Below, piece after piece: positions 1 to 12,889 of a DNA stretch of 64,000 bases. Position 1 is the stretch's first letter, and every line of letters begins with the position of its first letter. Where the stretch lies: positions 105,402,001 to 105,466,000 of the forward strand of contig NC_045697.1 in assembly GCF_009834535.1 (NCBI RefSeq), in the 5' to 3' direction. The notes under the pieces are model-generated. The model did no database searches. It was not told the origin of the DNA and saw only the letters and a program-made list of their open reading frames with translations. Both the position numbers and the translations under genes were made by a program. The DNA comes from Camelus ferus (Eukaryota).

Positions 1-2329
1 TTTAGTTGGCTTCTCCCTGGCATTTAGAAATCTGCATACTTTATGTTGACTTGAAGTTGTGTTCTAGAGGCGATTGTCATGTCATAAAAACAAAAACTTA
101 CTTTTCAAGAATAAAATTCAGTGTCAGCATAAATAGATAAATTACTTTGAAGTTACCCATCAAATGATATTCTATCAATAAGGGATTTTCATTAAATTAT
201 AAGGGATGGCTGCTGAGATGTGGTGTGGGCATCATGTTTATCACTATAATTGAGCATTCCTGCTGCCTTCAAGCCAGATTAAAAAATCCTCCACAGAATT
301 AACAGTGCGAACCCCATTATTTGTACATTGAAGTAGTTAATGTCTTTAGTTGGGTCATCTGTGCTTCCATTAAATGACCATTTCTAACACCTCCCTTCTT
401 CCTCACTCCAGTGCTCGCACCCTCTCCCAGCTTCCAAGTCTCTGGTCTGCTTTAGAGACTCAGTTTTCCAACCTGTAAAAAGAGAACTTGGCTAGGCTGG
501 GCTCAAAAGTTTCCCACGTCACTTGAGTTGGAGATTAGTAACAATTCTTAGAAAGTTCTCATTTTGATTCTGAGACTCTTCTTTCTAAAAAATATTATAA
601 TGATGAAAAATAGTGTTCTCATATTAAAAATTAATTTTAAGTGCCACATTTAATTGAAAAATATTACTTTGAGATCAATTTCTTTCTTTTTTCTTAAAAT
701 ATATTGTATGTCAGTAGATAAGGAAAATTGAACTGTCTTTTAAGAGCTGAATTGTAGATCCCTCCACACATAAATATTTAAATCTTGAGACTGGGTTTTG
801 CTTTCTATTTGATTTTTCATTGTTTCTTTCTTGTATCTTGTACATATCTGATGGGGTGCAATTATTTTCAAATACAGTAACAGTAATCACAGTTCAGCTG
901 TGTAATAAATATAGTTTGTTGTTCTCTATATTAAAGGTGAAAGAGTTTAATACATTTATAAATTCATAAATCAGCAGCCAGTTTGGCAAACTTCTTGTAT
1001 TAAATTAGACAGCCTTTAATTATTAAGAGAACTAGGTGGTGAGTGAGATGCTAATTAAAGCCCCAGCAAACAGCTACTCTCCATTTCCGATTTATAATTC
1101 AGTGTCCATCAAAAAAAGGCAAATAAAGGTCACTGTATCTTCTCACATCTGGATATCTAGGAAAGAAATCTGGCTGTCAAGTCTAGCATCATTTGATCTA
1201 AATCTGGATATAAACAAATAAGCATATAAAACAATGAAACAAATAAATGATAAAACTCCAGAAAATGAGATTTCAAAATTGACAAGGAGACTAGACAAGC
1301 TACTTAGAAAAGTACATTTTAATTTTTGTGCAAACAGTGAAAGCAGTGTGGCATTTTCAAATAGCAGGTAAACAGACATTTGTGCTGCTGCACCACCCAT
1401 TCAGCATCCCTGCATCGCATCAATACAACGTATCAAGCTATGTGGGACAGAAATAGATGCCTAAAAATTGAGTTCACGTTTTATCTTGCTCATCATGTGA
1501 AGGTGAATGAAAATAATTCAAAAGCTTAATCTCTACAAACTACTTATCATGGGGCACTTTATGAAATACTGGTTTCAAACAGCATTTAGAATATCAACTC
1601 TGGCATGAAGAATCAGCGATCCCATTACCTGGTACAGCGAAGTGATTTTAAAGCTACTTTAGTTCGCTCAGTCTCGAGTTGATAGAGGTGATAGAACCAC
1701 CTTCCAGGAAGAGGTTGGGTGAGTTCCTATGAGGCTGCCTACCTAGAAATTTCTCAGGCCAAAATTCATAGCCTGTTAAACACGGCTGCTGCTTTCTTGG
1801 CACTGCCTTCAGGAAAGCATGGCACCACCCCACGTGCTCTTGTGAAATGCCCTGCTGCCCAGAGTCTGAGGAAATGGCAATTGAAAGGACCACGCACGTT
1901 TTCTCTTAAGATTTCAACCCTGGCTTGGGTGTACTGGAATTTAATAGGAGCGAAGAATTTCGTCTGGTTCACCTGATTCATCAAAGCAACCCTAAGGTGG
2001 TAGGATCATTTATGTTTATTGAATCAGCTAGGAAAACACTTTTTGGTGAAGCCTAGCGCTCTGCTGCGCACTTATGCTGCTCTCCCTGCGCTGTTGTTCA
2101 TACCTCCCTGCACCTGCGCTCTCAGCAGTGCGAAGTGCAGGCCTGTCCTTCAAGAGCTGGCGCCCGTGTAACCCCACCTTGAAATGGCACTCACCTTGCA
2201 GAGTGTGGTACAAGGGAGGGTGTGCCCAGCCTAGGACTTCAGAAACTTTACAGACTTCTCTCTTTGGGGAGCCCCTCCTCCATCAGGTAAGCAAGACCTG
2301 CCTATGTAGCTAGGGAGGGAGAGACCGCA

Positions 2330-2585
2330 AGGAGCAGAACTAAGTCAGAGCTGTTCTCCCTGTGGAAGGCCCAGACAGGTGAGAGAGCCCAGCCAAGGTC
2401 AAGACCTCACCTGAGGCTTCAGATCTGACCTGAAGCTGATCAACGACCCATCACAGACACACAAAGGAAGGAGCCCAGCTGAGCTCAGCCTAAATCCCCC
2501 TGAGCCCAAAAAATGGCCAGCTGATACAAACACGTTGTAAATGGATAATACCCCATTGTCCTCAATTCGTGGTGTGGCACCTGAG
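2330..2585 (+). mobile_element. Old MaLR LTR fragment (MLT1J/K-like)
   Basis: Motifs 'gagcccagctgagctcagcctaaatc' and 'ccagctgatacaaacac' resemble the 3' half of old MLT1 LTRs; highly diverged. Confidence 0.4.
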
Positions 2586-3255
2586 AATCGAGCCAATAAA
2601 CTCAAGACATAAACACGTGAAGCCACGTCTCTATATGGACCATCATCTGCAAAGTATTTTTTGACACTGTGTTTTGCAAGGCCATACGCAAATCAGGTTG
2701 ATGGCTGCTGACTTCTAGTGACTTTTAAAAATTATTTATCATGTAAAACACATTTATATTTCTTCCATTGTGTAGAACTATACAAAAAAAATGTGTTCTT
2801 GCTTGGTTAATTGGCATGTTTCATACATTAAATAATTTAAAGTTGGAAACCAGAAACAAAAAGAAAAAAAAGATGAACTCAACAATCCCCATATACTGAC
2901 TAAAAACCAAACAATAAGGCCATGGCCATGTACATGTACATAACGTTATGAAAAGTCATTAGTTTTCCTGTATCTGGGCATTTCTGATCCATCAAGGACC
3001 ATGGTATTAAAGCAGAGACGCAAAGTCCTCTTCCCGTATAAGCCCAAACCTTTCACATTACTCTAGTTTTATTTCGGCTGTCATAGACCCATGTCCAAGT
3101 TCATCATGAGTCACAGAGCAGACAAATGATAGAACTTTAAAGTTAGAAGGATTTTCAAGGTTACTGAATGTGGTGGTGAAAAAAAGCCAGAGGCTCTACA
3201 GAACCCTATTCTACCCATAGCTGTGCCACACAAGCCTTCTCTAGTTGATAGTTTT

Positions 3256-3606
3256 GTTTTATTTTTTTAATTGAAGTACAGCCAATTGCAATGTGTCAGT
3301 TTCTGGTGGATAGCACAATGTTGCAGTCACGCATATAGACACATATATTCGTTTTCATATTTTTGTCCATTAAATGTTATTACACGATATTGAGCATAGT
3401 TCCCTGTGCTATACAGAAGGAACTTTTTAAAAATCTATTATTATATGTAGTGGCTAACAGTTGTAAATCTCAAACTCCCTGCCATAAAAAAAGAGTAAAA
3501 TAATGCCATTTGCAGCAACATGGATGGACCTAGAGATCATCATTCTAAGTGAAGTCAGCCAGAAAGAGAAAGGAAAATGCCATATGATGTCACTCATATG
3601 TGGAAT
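3256..3606 (-). mobile_element. 5'-truncated, 5'-inverted young L1 (3' end on - strand 3256-3480; inverted piece on + strand 3481-3606)
   Basis: Poly-T then reverse-complement L1 3'UTR, followed by forward 'aataatgccatttgcagcaacatggatggacctagagatc...atgtggaatct'. TSD ctagttgatagtttt (3241-3255) / ctagtcaatagtttt (3607-3621). Confidence 0.9.
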
Positions 3607-4864
3607 CTAGTCAATAGTTTTTGATCAGTAAAAGGAGTCTCGGTAACATGACTTCTTTGTGGGAGAGGGTGGGTAAGACAATTCTCTGAATTCTAAAGGA
3701 TGATGATGAAGAGCTGAAAACGACAGAGAGGGTTTTTGAGAAGCTAAGTGGGGAAAGAGAGAGAGGGCAGACGTCACTAGATAGACAAAGTCTAATGGAG
3801 GAAGCTGGGCAAGTTTCTTGGATACAGTATGTGGGTTTCCCCATAAATCTTGCCAATACTTCTGGAGTTAGAATATATATTGACGCAGGTTGGGAAGGGG
3901 TAGAGGACATACTGAGAAGTATAACTAAGTGTGTCTGGGGGCTTTTAACATGTACTAGGACTGAGAAAAGAAACTGCCCCCTGGAAACCCAGTCATGTTT
4001 AGGTTACGTCAAATTCCTTGCACGTCTACAAATCTCTGGCTGTAAAGGCTGCCCCTGCTTCACAGCATTTATACTAAATAACAGTTCTCTTTATTCTAAG
4101 TCCCTAACTCTGAATTTTCGATGAGCCATTTGGGACCTGGCTGATGTATATCTCTGTGTTCTATATAAAGGATTTGTCAAGGAAATAAACAGCGCAAGCA
4201 AGATCATTAAAATGACACTCAAAATGCTTGGAGGCGCCATTTCCAAACATTCTAAATACTTAAGAAATACAATTTAATCAATTGTCCTCCATAAAATGCA
4301 TTAAAGTCATGATCAGTGACCTTAAAGGATGTATCCGTATGTTTTCTCTAATTCAGTAGAATGATAGTCAGGAAGACATTGCCTTTTTAATCTGTGAATT
4401 ATTACAAGATTTAGGGGAATTGGCTAATAATTTGGCAGGCTGATTAGATGAATTAGTAAATTAACCAAAGCTGTTGCTGTACATATCTAAGTCCTCTGAG
4501 ACGGGAATTTTTAATTGATTCCTCAAGGATGCTTGTTACATGGCAAGATGGCTACTTGACTGTTCAATAAATTTAAAAAAAAAGCACTCAGTTAACTTCC
4601 CTCCTTGTGAGAATGGACTTATACAGACGTCACAACCACTGAACATCAAAGTTCCAGCTGAAACTCAAGGCTGGTTCGTTTCATTGGCTCTCCTCCTGTT
4701 CACCTCCCAACTTCCTATAATCCCCAGTGCCATAATCAGTAATGGCAGGTCCCTCCCGTTATCTCCTCCAGCTCATTTTCCCTTATCTTTTGCCTCTGTC
4801 TTCTACTAGTTCTTTTGTGCATCATTCTGTCATATTCTCATCTCCCCTGAACACATAAAGGTTT

Positions 4865-5080
4865 AGTGTAATGGAGTAGAGTGGAGATGCGATGGGATGT
4901 GATCCCTGAGTTGGGTTCATATCCTGATCACTCTGTTTAATGACTGTGCAGCCTCAGGAAATTTACTTAACCACAGTCCCTGCTTCCTCATTTGTAATCT
5001 GAAGGTAATAATATCTAACACGCATGGCTGCTGTGGGAATTCAGGATAATATAGAGAAAGCTCCAAGAATTAACACATAT
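4865..5080 (+). mobile_element. MIR SINE
   Basis: MIR core 'gggttcatatcctg...gactgtgcagcctcaggaaatttacttaacc...cttcctcatttgtaa...gtaataatatc'. Confidence 0.75.
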
Positions 5081-5459
5081 TTAGTAGTGAAAATGACTTT
5101 CTCTGCCTGTTTTCTTTTACTGAAACCCGTATTTAATCCACATACTGCGACCCTCCCTGCATCGCTCTAGGTGTTGCTCCTGTATTTCAGCTTCTTGAAA
5201 ACAACTCAAAAGTATCCTGTCTCCTGGAAACTTCCTCCTGGCAACTTTATGTCATTTTCATTTAACAATCTCTCCTCCTTTGAAGGACCTGATGCCCACT
5301 TTTATCTCTTTGTTCCCAACAACAAAAATTTTATGTAATAACTATTTGATCCTCACAAGAATGCTGAGTGCAGGGAGAGCCAGTATTCTCTTGATAAAAT
5401 ATACAGGTTCTTGTTAGTGTTACCTCTGGGTCATTTTCTTCTTAGTCCTCAAGGACTTT

Positions 5460-7910
5460 GGGAGTTGGCTCACAGTTTCTCTCTTTACTCCAGAGTCTGC
5501 TGTCATCTGAAGTGACTTGGTGATATATACCGATGAGCCACCTAACAGCCTGCCCTCACACTAACAATCAGCTCCACTCCACTTTACAAACCCCATTTAC
5601 AGGAACACATTTTGGACCTTTTAATCCCCTGGAACTGTTCCTCTAAACATTTGCATTTTGAAATGACTCTCTCTGCCCGTAACCTTGTATCCTTTCTCTT
5701 CTCATCCTCTTTGACACCCACAAAACCTGTTCTGCCCTATCACACACTCCTGCTTCTCAAATCCTTCCTAGTCTTTCAGTCTGTTAACATCTTCCCACTT
5801 GATTTCCCCCATAACCTGCCTGAATTTTGAGTCTGTGCCCATTTGCTCATTCACTCAATGGTTCATGCATTCATTCCACATTTACTGTGTGCCTTTTTAT
5901 GTGTTGGGTGCTGCGGTAGGACTTGTGATCGACTATAACTCCAGCCCTGAAGCAGCCCAGGGTGCGGTGGTCAGTCCTCTTCACCACTCTTGGATTCCTC
6001 ATCCCCCTTTCTTTCCTTTGTTTCTACCTGGGAAAATGTCCATTTTATTTATTTATTTCCCCCTGCTCTTAGACCTTCTAGCTGCAACCACAGCTGGAGG
6101 ACACCCTATCTCTATGAGCTAGGTCTTCAGTGCAAATCTAATTCCCTACCCACCCCGGACAGCCTTCTTTCTCTGCAGCTGCCATTCCAGCATTTTACTC
6201 TCTTTTCAAGCCTTTACCTGGCTGGCCTCTCACTGGATGTCCCAGCCTGGCTTCACTAAGAAAACAAAGGCTATCAGTTATGAACTACCTCAATATCCCT
6301 CACCACTCATGTATACTTTATCCATATTTTTCTTGTTTTTTTTTTAAGAAAAAGGTAAAACAAGATACGATGTGATTTGCACAGCTAGCTTCTCCACAGG
6401 TATTTTGGTCCCATCTCCTCTGACTCCCACATCCCACCTCCCATTCCTTAAATTATACGCGCTTTCAACCTTCTCCAGCAGAGGCTTACCCTTCTCCAAT
6501 AGATGCCTACAAACACCCTAAACAAGGTCTCTCTTAACTCAGCCTGCATATAGGCTTCCACCCCAAAACTCCATTAAATTCCATTCCAGCACAGCCTGCA
6601 CTTTACAGACGCTCCTTCACTCCAGGGCAATGTGGCATCTGCCTCCCAAATTAACCAAGTTACTTGAACATCTAATTGCCCACTCCTTACCCCCACCACC
6701 CCACAGTGGCCCTTCAGGCCTCTTGTTACTGGAAATGATCGACCATCTCTGGTGTTTATTCTGACCCGGTCTACCATCTGACCAGAACTTGATCAGAAGG
6801 AGCTCTGGCAAAACTCCTGGACCTTTGTTGCCGTTTCCCCATCTTAATCCTCCATCAGCCTGGTTCTGCATTTACTTGATGTTTGACCTCTTGCTCCATC
6901 TTTGATTTCCAGCCAGCGTTTATTGCTTGGATCTGATAACAGATTTGCATTCTCTGGCAAATCTTTAGAACATGCCCACAGAGTCTGATGCAGTTCCAGG
7001 CCCTAGAGTCCTACTTGGTGGCTAGTTAGCATATCTGGTTTCCCTGCTGGGTCTGGTCTGAACTCTTCTGCGTGGGTGGGACTCCTAAAGCCGCTCCTTC
7101 CCTGCTTCTCAGGACACTCTCCTCTCCTGATGCTTTTTATACTCCTCTCACTGCTCTTTCAAGTATTCCGTGAAGTCTCTTCTTCCTTCTCATCTCACTC
7201 GATTCACATTTCTTGGCAGATTTCATCCAGTCCCATGGCTTAACCATCATCTCTGTGTTGCCAACTCCCAAATTTATAATTCCAATTTTGAATTTTTTTC
7301 CCTGAGCTCTGCATATGGAATGCAAACAGCACACTGGATAGCTTCTCGAATTTGGACTTCAAATTCAACATATTTAAAAGCAAATTCATCATGTTTTTCT
7401 TTGAACCCGTATCTTCTCTTGTGTTCCCCACTCCCGTCAATGTCACTTTAACTGCTCACACCTGACAGCGACCTGGACTTGGAGATGCCTCCTCTGAATG
7501 GCTTCTTGTGTCTGTTTCTGTGTCAATTTCTTCTGCCGCAGCCTAGATCAGCCTTCGTATTGTCTCTTGCCTGGATTTTTCCAATAGTCTGGTAACTTGT
7601 CTCCCTCTCCCATTTGCTTCCCTTTCCAAGTTATTTTCCACACTGCATTAAAGGAGAGTTTTGTTTTGCCACTCTGCAGCTTTAAAGCCTCTTCTGGATT
7701 CTACTGCCTATATGGTAAAGGCTACCTTCCAGCTTGGCACAATGCCTTTCATAATCCGATCCCACCTCACTTTTTGTCTCAGTGCTCAAACGTTTGCTTG
7801 AATTCTACTCTGTGCTCCAGTTACGTTAGACAACTTTTGTTCCTACAGCTTAACCCAAGATTTTCACATCTGAAGCTCCGGGTTTGCTTCCTCTTCTATC
7901 CGAGGTGACT
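5460..7910 (+). mobile_element. Decayed L2 LINE body (endonuclease to RT region), interrupted by other insertions
   Basis: Pyrimidine-rich L2-type sequence. 'gaacacattttggaccttttaatc' resembles GHTLDL and 'ctgtgttgccaactcccaaatttat' resembles YADDSQIY. A - strand L2 tail (cattcatt) sits near 5845-5920 and an unclassified segment near 6560-7080. Confidence 0.65.
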
Positions 7911-7971
7911 TAGTTTCTTTTCTTCCAACCTGAACCTTAATTCCATGCCATTCTCTGATACAATGATTTCT

Positions 7972-8096
7972 TTTTTCGGTGGGGGGAGGTAATTAGGTTT
8001 ATGTATTTTATTTGTTTATGTCTTAGTGGAGGTACTGGGGATTGAACCCAGGACCATGCTAAGCAGGCACTCAGCCACTGAACTATACCCTCCCCC
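7972..8096 (-). mobile_element. tRNA-Ala-derived SINE (camelid vic-1-like)
   Basis: Reverse complement reads ggggagggtatagttcagtgg...cttagcatggtcctgggttcaatccccagtacctcc, then an A-rich spacer and 'aaacctaattacctcccc'. TSD atacaatgatttct (7958-7971) / atataatgatttct (8097-8110). Confidence 0.9.
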
Positions 8097-8129
8097 ATAT
8101 AATGATTTCTGAACAGCCCTTCCTAAGGC

Positions 8130-8410
8130 TTTCTGCTGTGCCCCTAAATGCTGACTCAGGGATCCGGGCTCTTTCTCTCTGTGGCTCTGTGATCTCCCAG
8201 GGCTCAGAGTCCTGTGAGATTTCTGCATCTGGCTGGAAGATGAGGGCAGTAAGTGGGGGATGACATGGGCCAGGGTTTCATGGTGTACATCACTGCTGTT
8301 GACAAGCCAGTGGCCAGAACGCAGTCGCGTGGCTGCAGCTAATTGCAATGGAGGCTGAAAATAGTCGTCTTGCTGTGCCCAGGAGGAAACAGGGAAATGG
8401 CTAAACCACC
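8130..8410 (-). mobile_element. MaLR LTR fragment (MLT1I/J-like)
   Basis: 'cagtggccagaacgcagtcgcgtggctgcagctaattgcaatggaggctgaaaatagtcgtcttgctgtgcccaggaggaaa' matches the recalled MLT1 antisense pattern. Confidence 0.6.
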
Positions 8411-8884
8411 AGTGAAAGTCTTTCCACTCTGGCACCCGGGAGATGATTAAGATATATGTTTGTAAGGTGAATCAATCAACTTAATTATTACAGAATGGGC
8501 ATTAGCTGAGGTAAGTCTATATCAACGTTCCTGCCTTTCAGATTCCTTATTCAGCTTCCAATATTGTAATTCAAGAAAAAATAAACATGAGACCATATGA
8601 CCAGTTATACCATGGGTCAGCGAACTGCTTTTACTGCTTTACCAAATCTTTTCATTAAGCATATTTATTATATATAACTCATACTGACATTACACAATTT
8701 CAGAGCTAAACCACTATCCTAAGAACACTGACAGTAATGAGAATAATGTTTATCACCCACAGAAATTTACAAATCGTTCAGAATTACTTTATGATGTTGC
8801 CATGCTTCAAGGTCATTAATTTCAGAATCCATCTCTTGAAGAATCTGTTTGGGAACGGCAGACCCTGTGCAGAGTGTGATCCTA

Positions 8885-9045
8885 CTGTGTGCAGTAGAAA
8901 GAGCCTTGGGGGACCTGAGGTCTGACTGTACTGCTTTCTGTTTGGGTATGACTGATAAGCCAATTTTGACTTAAATTTCTTCATCTTTAAAATGATGTGC
9001 TTTGAGTGGATAATTTTTTAGGCCTCTTGCAATTTGAACATTCAC
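8885..9045 (+). mobile_element. Old MIR/MIR3 SINE
   Basis: 'gcagtagaaagagccttgggggacctgagg...tttcttcatctttaaaatga' is MIR-core-like. Confidence 0.5.
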
Positions 9046-9869
9046 TTCTAGGAAATGTTTAAAAATGCTGGTTCATAGGGGATAGGCTGGTTAAGAGACT
9101 AATAGAACAGCAGTCGGTGGAGAGCTTATGAGTTCTAAGTGAGTTAAGTTAAATAAAATTGTGTTGAACATTAGAAATGTATTAATCATTCCTAGAAGCA
9201 AGGGGAAAGTACTATCTAAAAATCATGTAAGTTCCTCTTTATTGCTAGACTTACAATCAGACTGAAGCACTGCAATTATTGGGTCCATGTGCATAGCCTG
9301 ATCCCCTCTCCAGTGCTCAGGGGATATCACACAGAAGTCAGGCTGCTAAATGGTCTGCCACTGAGAGCAGCCAATGGCTTTGGTTATCATAACAGCATCA
9401 TCTCTTAAGATGCTATTATTGTAGCTGAAATAACTATTTGCTGACTGACAAAGAGTGCTTTGGAATGGTTTGCAGAGGTGTTGTTCAAGAACCATACAAG
9501 TAGAATTCGCACCCAGGAAAATGCATCAATTCTCAGTATACTGTGGGTTACTCTACCTACAACACACCTTAGAGTCCACTGAGTGTTAGGAAACGTAATG
9601 GCTTTAATTTTGTCTTTGCTCCAGATGACATTCATGAAGTGATAAAAGAAGGTTCCAGATTTTACATTGTTCCAGAAGTTAATGCCAGTGAAGTCAATCA
9701 CTTAGATCAGTTAGCATAATGTCTCTGTAATGGTCCTGAAAATGTATCGGGACTTGGCACAAACACCTCCGATCCAGACCTAATCTGCTGCTCGTTAGGG
9801 GTGCCACGGTGGTCACATCATTTAAGTCTCCAGTTCCTGACTCGTTTACATGTGAAACGGGAATAGTGA

Positions 9870-10200
9870 ATTCATTTCTTTGTTTATTGAGCATCTGCTA
9901 TGTGCTTGACACTCTGGTGGGACTGGGGAAATCACAGCAAACAAAATGAATTCCCACCTGCATGGAGCTTATGTTCAAGTTCTCGTGCAGAAAGACCCAC
10001 AGGGACCACATCCTGTCAGATGGCAAAAAGTGCTCTTGGAGGGGGGGTGTTTATTTTATTGGAATGCAGTCAAGGAAGGGTTCTGAATAGGTGACATTTA
10101 AGTGAAACTTGAAAGAAGAAAGGGAGGTAGCCATGCGTCTATCAGGGCAAACTGTGTCTCAGGAGGAAGAGAGGGCACATTGAAGAAGCCTGAGAAAACA
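9870..10200 (-). mobile_element. L2 3' end
   Basis: 'tttattgagcatctgctatgtgcttgacactc...catggagcttatgttc...aggtgacatttaagtgaaacttgaa' is typical antisense L2 3' sequence. Confidence 0.7.
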
Positions 10201-10434
10201 ACAGGTTTGTTTTTTTTTTAACCTTCACTATAGGACAGCTATGAGGAGCAAATGAAACCATATTTGTGATTTTGTGTTTCATTAAAAGAGAGAAATCCTC
10301 TGACCGAAAACTCAAAGGACATGTAGCAACTACTGTAGTCATGAGGTTCATAATGAAAACATACTTCAAAGAATTTATAAATGACTAGAAGAATTCTGTG
10401 GGGAAAAAAGCAGACTGTAACAAAAATAATGCAA

Positions 10435-10641
10435 AAGTTTCTATTGCAGAGCACAGGGAACTATATTCAATATCATTTAGTAACCTATAATGAAAAAGAA
10501 TATGAAAATGAATATACGTAGGTATATGTGTGACTGAAACATTATGCTGTACACCAGAAACTGACACAACATTGTAAACTGACTATACTTCAATTAAAAA
10601 AATTTTAAAAATAATCAGAAAAGAAAAGAAAAAAGGGGAAA
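10435..10641 (+). mobile_element. Young L1 3' end, 5'-truncated
   Basis: 'agcacagggaactatattcaatatc...gctgtacaccagaaactgacacaacattgtaaactgactatacttcaatt' plus A-rich tail. TSD aaaaataatgcaa (10422-10434) / aaaaagaatgcaa (10642-10654). Confidence 0.9.
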
Positions 10642-11754
10642 AAAAAGAATGCAAGGCGAGGGTCAGGTTGATGTAGCAGTTAGCAGCCTGGTGAATCATC
10701 TCTGAGACTGGAGAATTCAATAATTGTTACAACATAGAGATGGATTTCTCTGCTAAGGAATCCTCTCACGTCAGGTTTCTCTCTCCCTCTCTCCTTCTCT
10801 TGCTTTCTTATTTTTCCTGCCTTTGCCACACACATTTTGAGGTGGCTCACAAGAAGAACACAAACAATAAATAGTGGTTAAGAAAGAGGAACTATACCAC
10901 CACACGAACATGGCTAAGAACACATTCCTTAATGGCAAATTCAAGCACTGTTACAGGTATTTCCATGACAAGTTAAGCAGCAGGCAAATTGGATAATTTT
11001 TTCAGATAAACAGGAGGGCAGAGAAGTTAGCTCCTTGCTTCCGCTTCTCTAACGTTGGGGAACAGTTGGCTTGGGCACAGAAACACCCTTGACACCTACT
11101 TGTATCTGTTTCTATACATACGTGGAAGAAATATTCAAAATCCTTTGTGAACTGAGGTGAGGTATACATAAACATGTAAACAAATAACTTCGGAAACAAC
11201 ACCAAAAAAACAGAACTGAAAGGATGCTTATAAGAATGCACAATGAGAGAGAAATTCTACTGGGGGATGATTTGGCATTAGTTGAAATATACCTTCCTGG
11301 GATGAGTCACCTAATATTTAGTCCTGTATGTTTATAGACATAACATCATGAATTTTTAGATATCATTGAAAATTATAAACATATTCCCTAGCCTCCTAGC
11401 CATGGACATGGACCCCCCACCATGATCTGAAGAATCAGAACCTCTTCTATAATGATTTGTAGACAGTCAGTTCTAAACTTTTTCATCTAGTCATTCATTT
11501 ACTCATCTTAAGTCCAACATCTCCTATGCTTTCCACACATCTGCTGTGTAACTTGCAGGGACGGGGGTGATGGTCATAGTTTTCTAGTGCCTGGGAAAAG
11601 AAGCAGGTTCTGGAGGTACAGAACACTAGTCTTTTAATTGCTTTAGTTGGCAGAGGGAAAAGGATTACTGCCCGAGTTCTCCCAGTTTTCTTGTCTCAAG
11701 TTAATGCCAAAGGCTACTCGCCTCCCCCGACTAAATCCTTCCCAGGAGACTCAT

Positions 11755-11918
11755 GATTGTCAAACTTGAATGTGTGTGAGGCACACCTGGCGTGCTTGAT
11801 ACAAATGTGGAGATGCTGATTCGGCATGTCTTGGGTGCTGCCCAGAATCTGCATTTTCAACAAGGACCCAGGTGCTTCTGATGCAGATGGTCTGTGGACC
11901 ACACTGTGAGAAACACTA
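11755..11918 (+). mobile_element. MER5A-like hAT MITE
   Basis: 'cccagaatctgcattttcaacaaggacccaggtgcttctgatgcagatggtctgtggaccacactgtgagaaacact'. Confidence 0.8.
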
Positions 11919-12221
11919 TTTAGACAAATTTACTCAAAGGTAAAGATGTCTTTCAAGAAGCTGAATGAGAGACGAGTGGTTGGCTGGTGGTGCTGCTTGA
12001 GCAGGAAGGCAAGGAGTCCTGTGACACTGGTGAGGGCAGGGAAAAGGATTTTGACAGGTGATTTTTAATAAAGAGCTATGAATTAATCGGGTTAGATGGA
12101 GCTATGGTGGGTATTAGAAAAATGAATATTGGTTTATGAGAGTTCAAAGAACCTTGAAGGCAAAGGGAGGATTTTCCTAGGAAGATATGGGGCTGAGAGC
12201 AGGACAACTCCTAAAGAGGTG

Positions 12222-12835
12222 ATGCCAGTTACTACGGCCATACCACTACCTACAAATGACCCCGAACTTTATTGTTTAAAACAATGTCCATTTTATTGTG
12301 CTCATGGATTAGGAATTTGGATAGGGCACGGGGGGGGGGGGGGGGGGGGCTAGCCAGCCTCTGCTCCAGGATGCCTAGGACTTCAACTGGCAAAACCAAG
12401 GGTGGGGTAACTCAGTGCATCGGCCTGGGAACATCACCAGGCTCCTCCACTCTTGCGTCTGGCATCTCGATTGCACTGACTGGAAGATCAGGGCTGCCAG
12501 CTGCGGTGTCCTCCCCTGGCCTGTCCATGTAGCCTGCCTTCCTTGCAATATGTGACCTCAGCATATTTGGACCTCTTACATGGCGACCCAGAGCTGCAAG
12601 CATGAGTGTTCCAGTAAACAAGGTGAGTTATATCATCCCATGATTATGGCCCAGCCTCAGAAGTCTCACAGTGTCACTTATACTAAACTCTACCGGGGGA
12701 AGCAGGCATAAGCCCACCCAGGCTCAAGGAGAGGAGAACTCAACTTCCACCGTGAGGCAGTGGCAAAGTCATATTGTACAAGAGTGCATGATAGGAGAAA
12801 TATTGATGTGCCATCTTTGGAAAATAAAATCTGTT
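12222..12835 (-). mobile_element. MaLR LTR (MLT1F/G/H-like) containing a G20 run
   Basis: Starts 'caaatgaccccgaactttattgtttaaaacaa...gctcatggattaggaatttgg' and ends 'ccatctttggaaaataaaatctg'. Confidence 0.75.
12330..12349. repeat. Poly-G homopolymer (G20)
   Basis: Read directly. Confidence 0.95.
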
Positions 12836-12889
12836 GGGATCTAGGGAGTTTGGGTGGCTAGAAGAATAGAGACAAAATGGGTAAATCAA

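Noticed and set aside
8149..8158. NF-E2/MAF-type motif tgctgactca
   Set aside because: A single 10-mer inside an old LTR; expected by chance without supporting data.
12232..12246. 15-nt match 'ctacggccataccac' to the 5' end of 5S rRNA
   Set aside because: The match stops after 15 nt and lies at the terminus of an MLT1 LTR; not supportable as a 5S gene or pseudogene.
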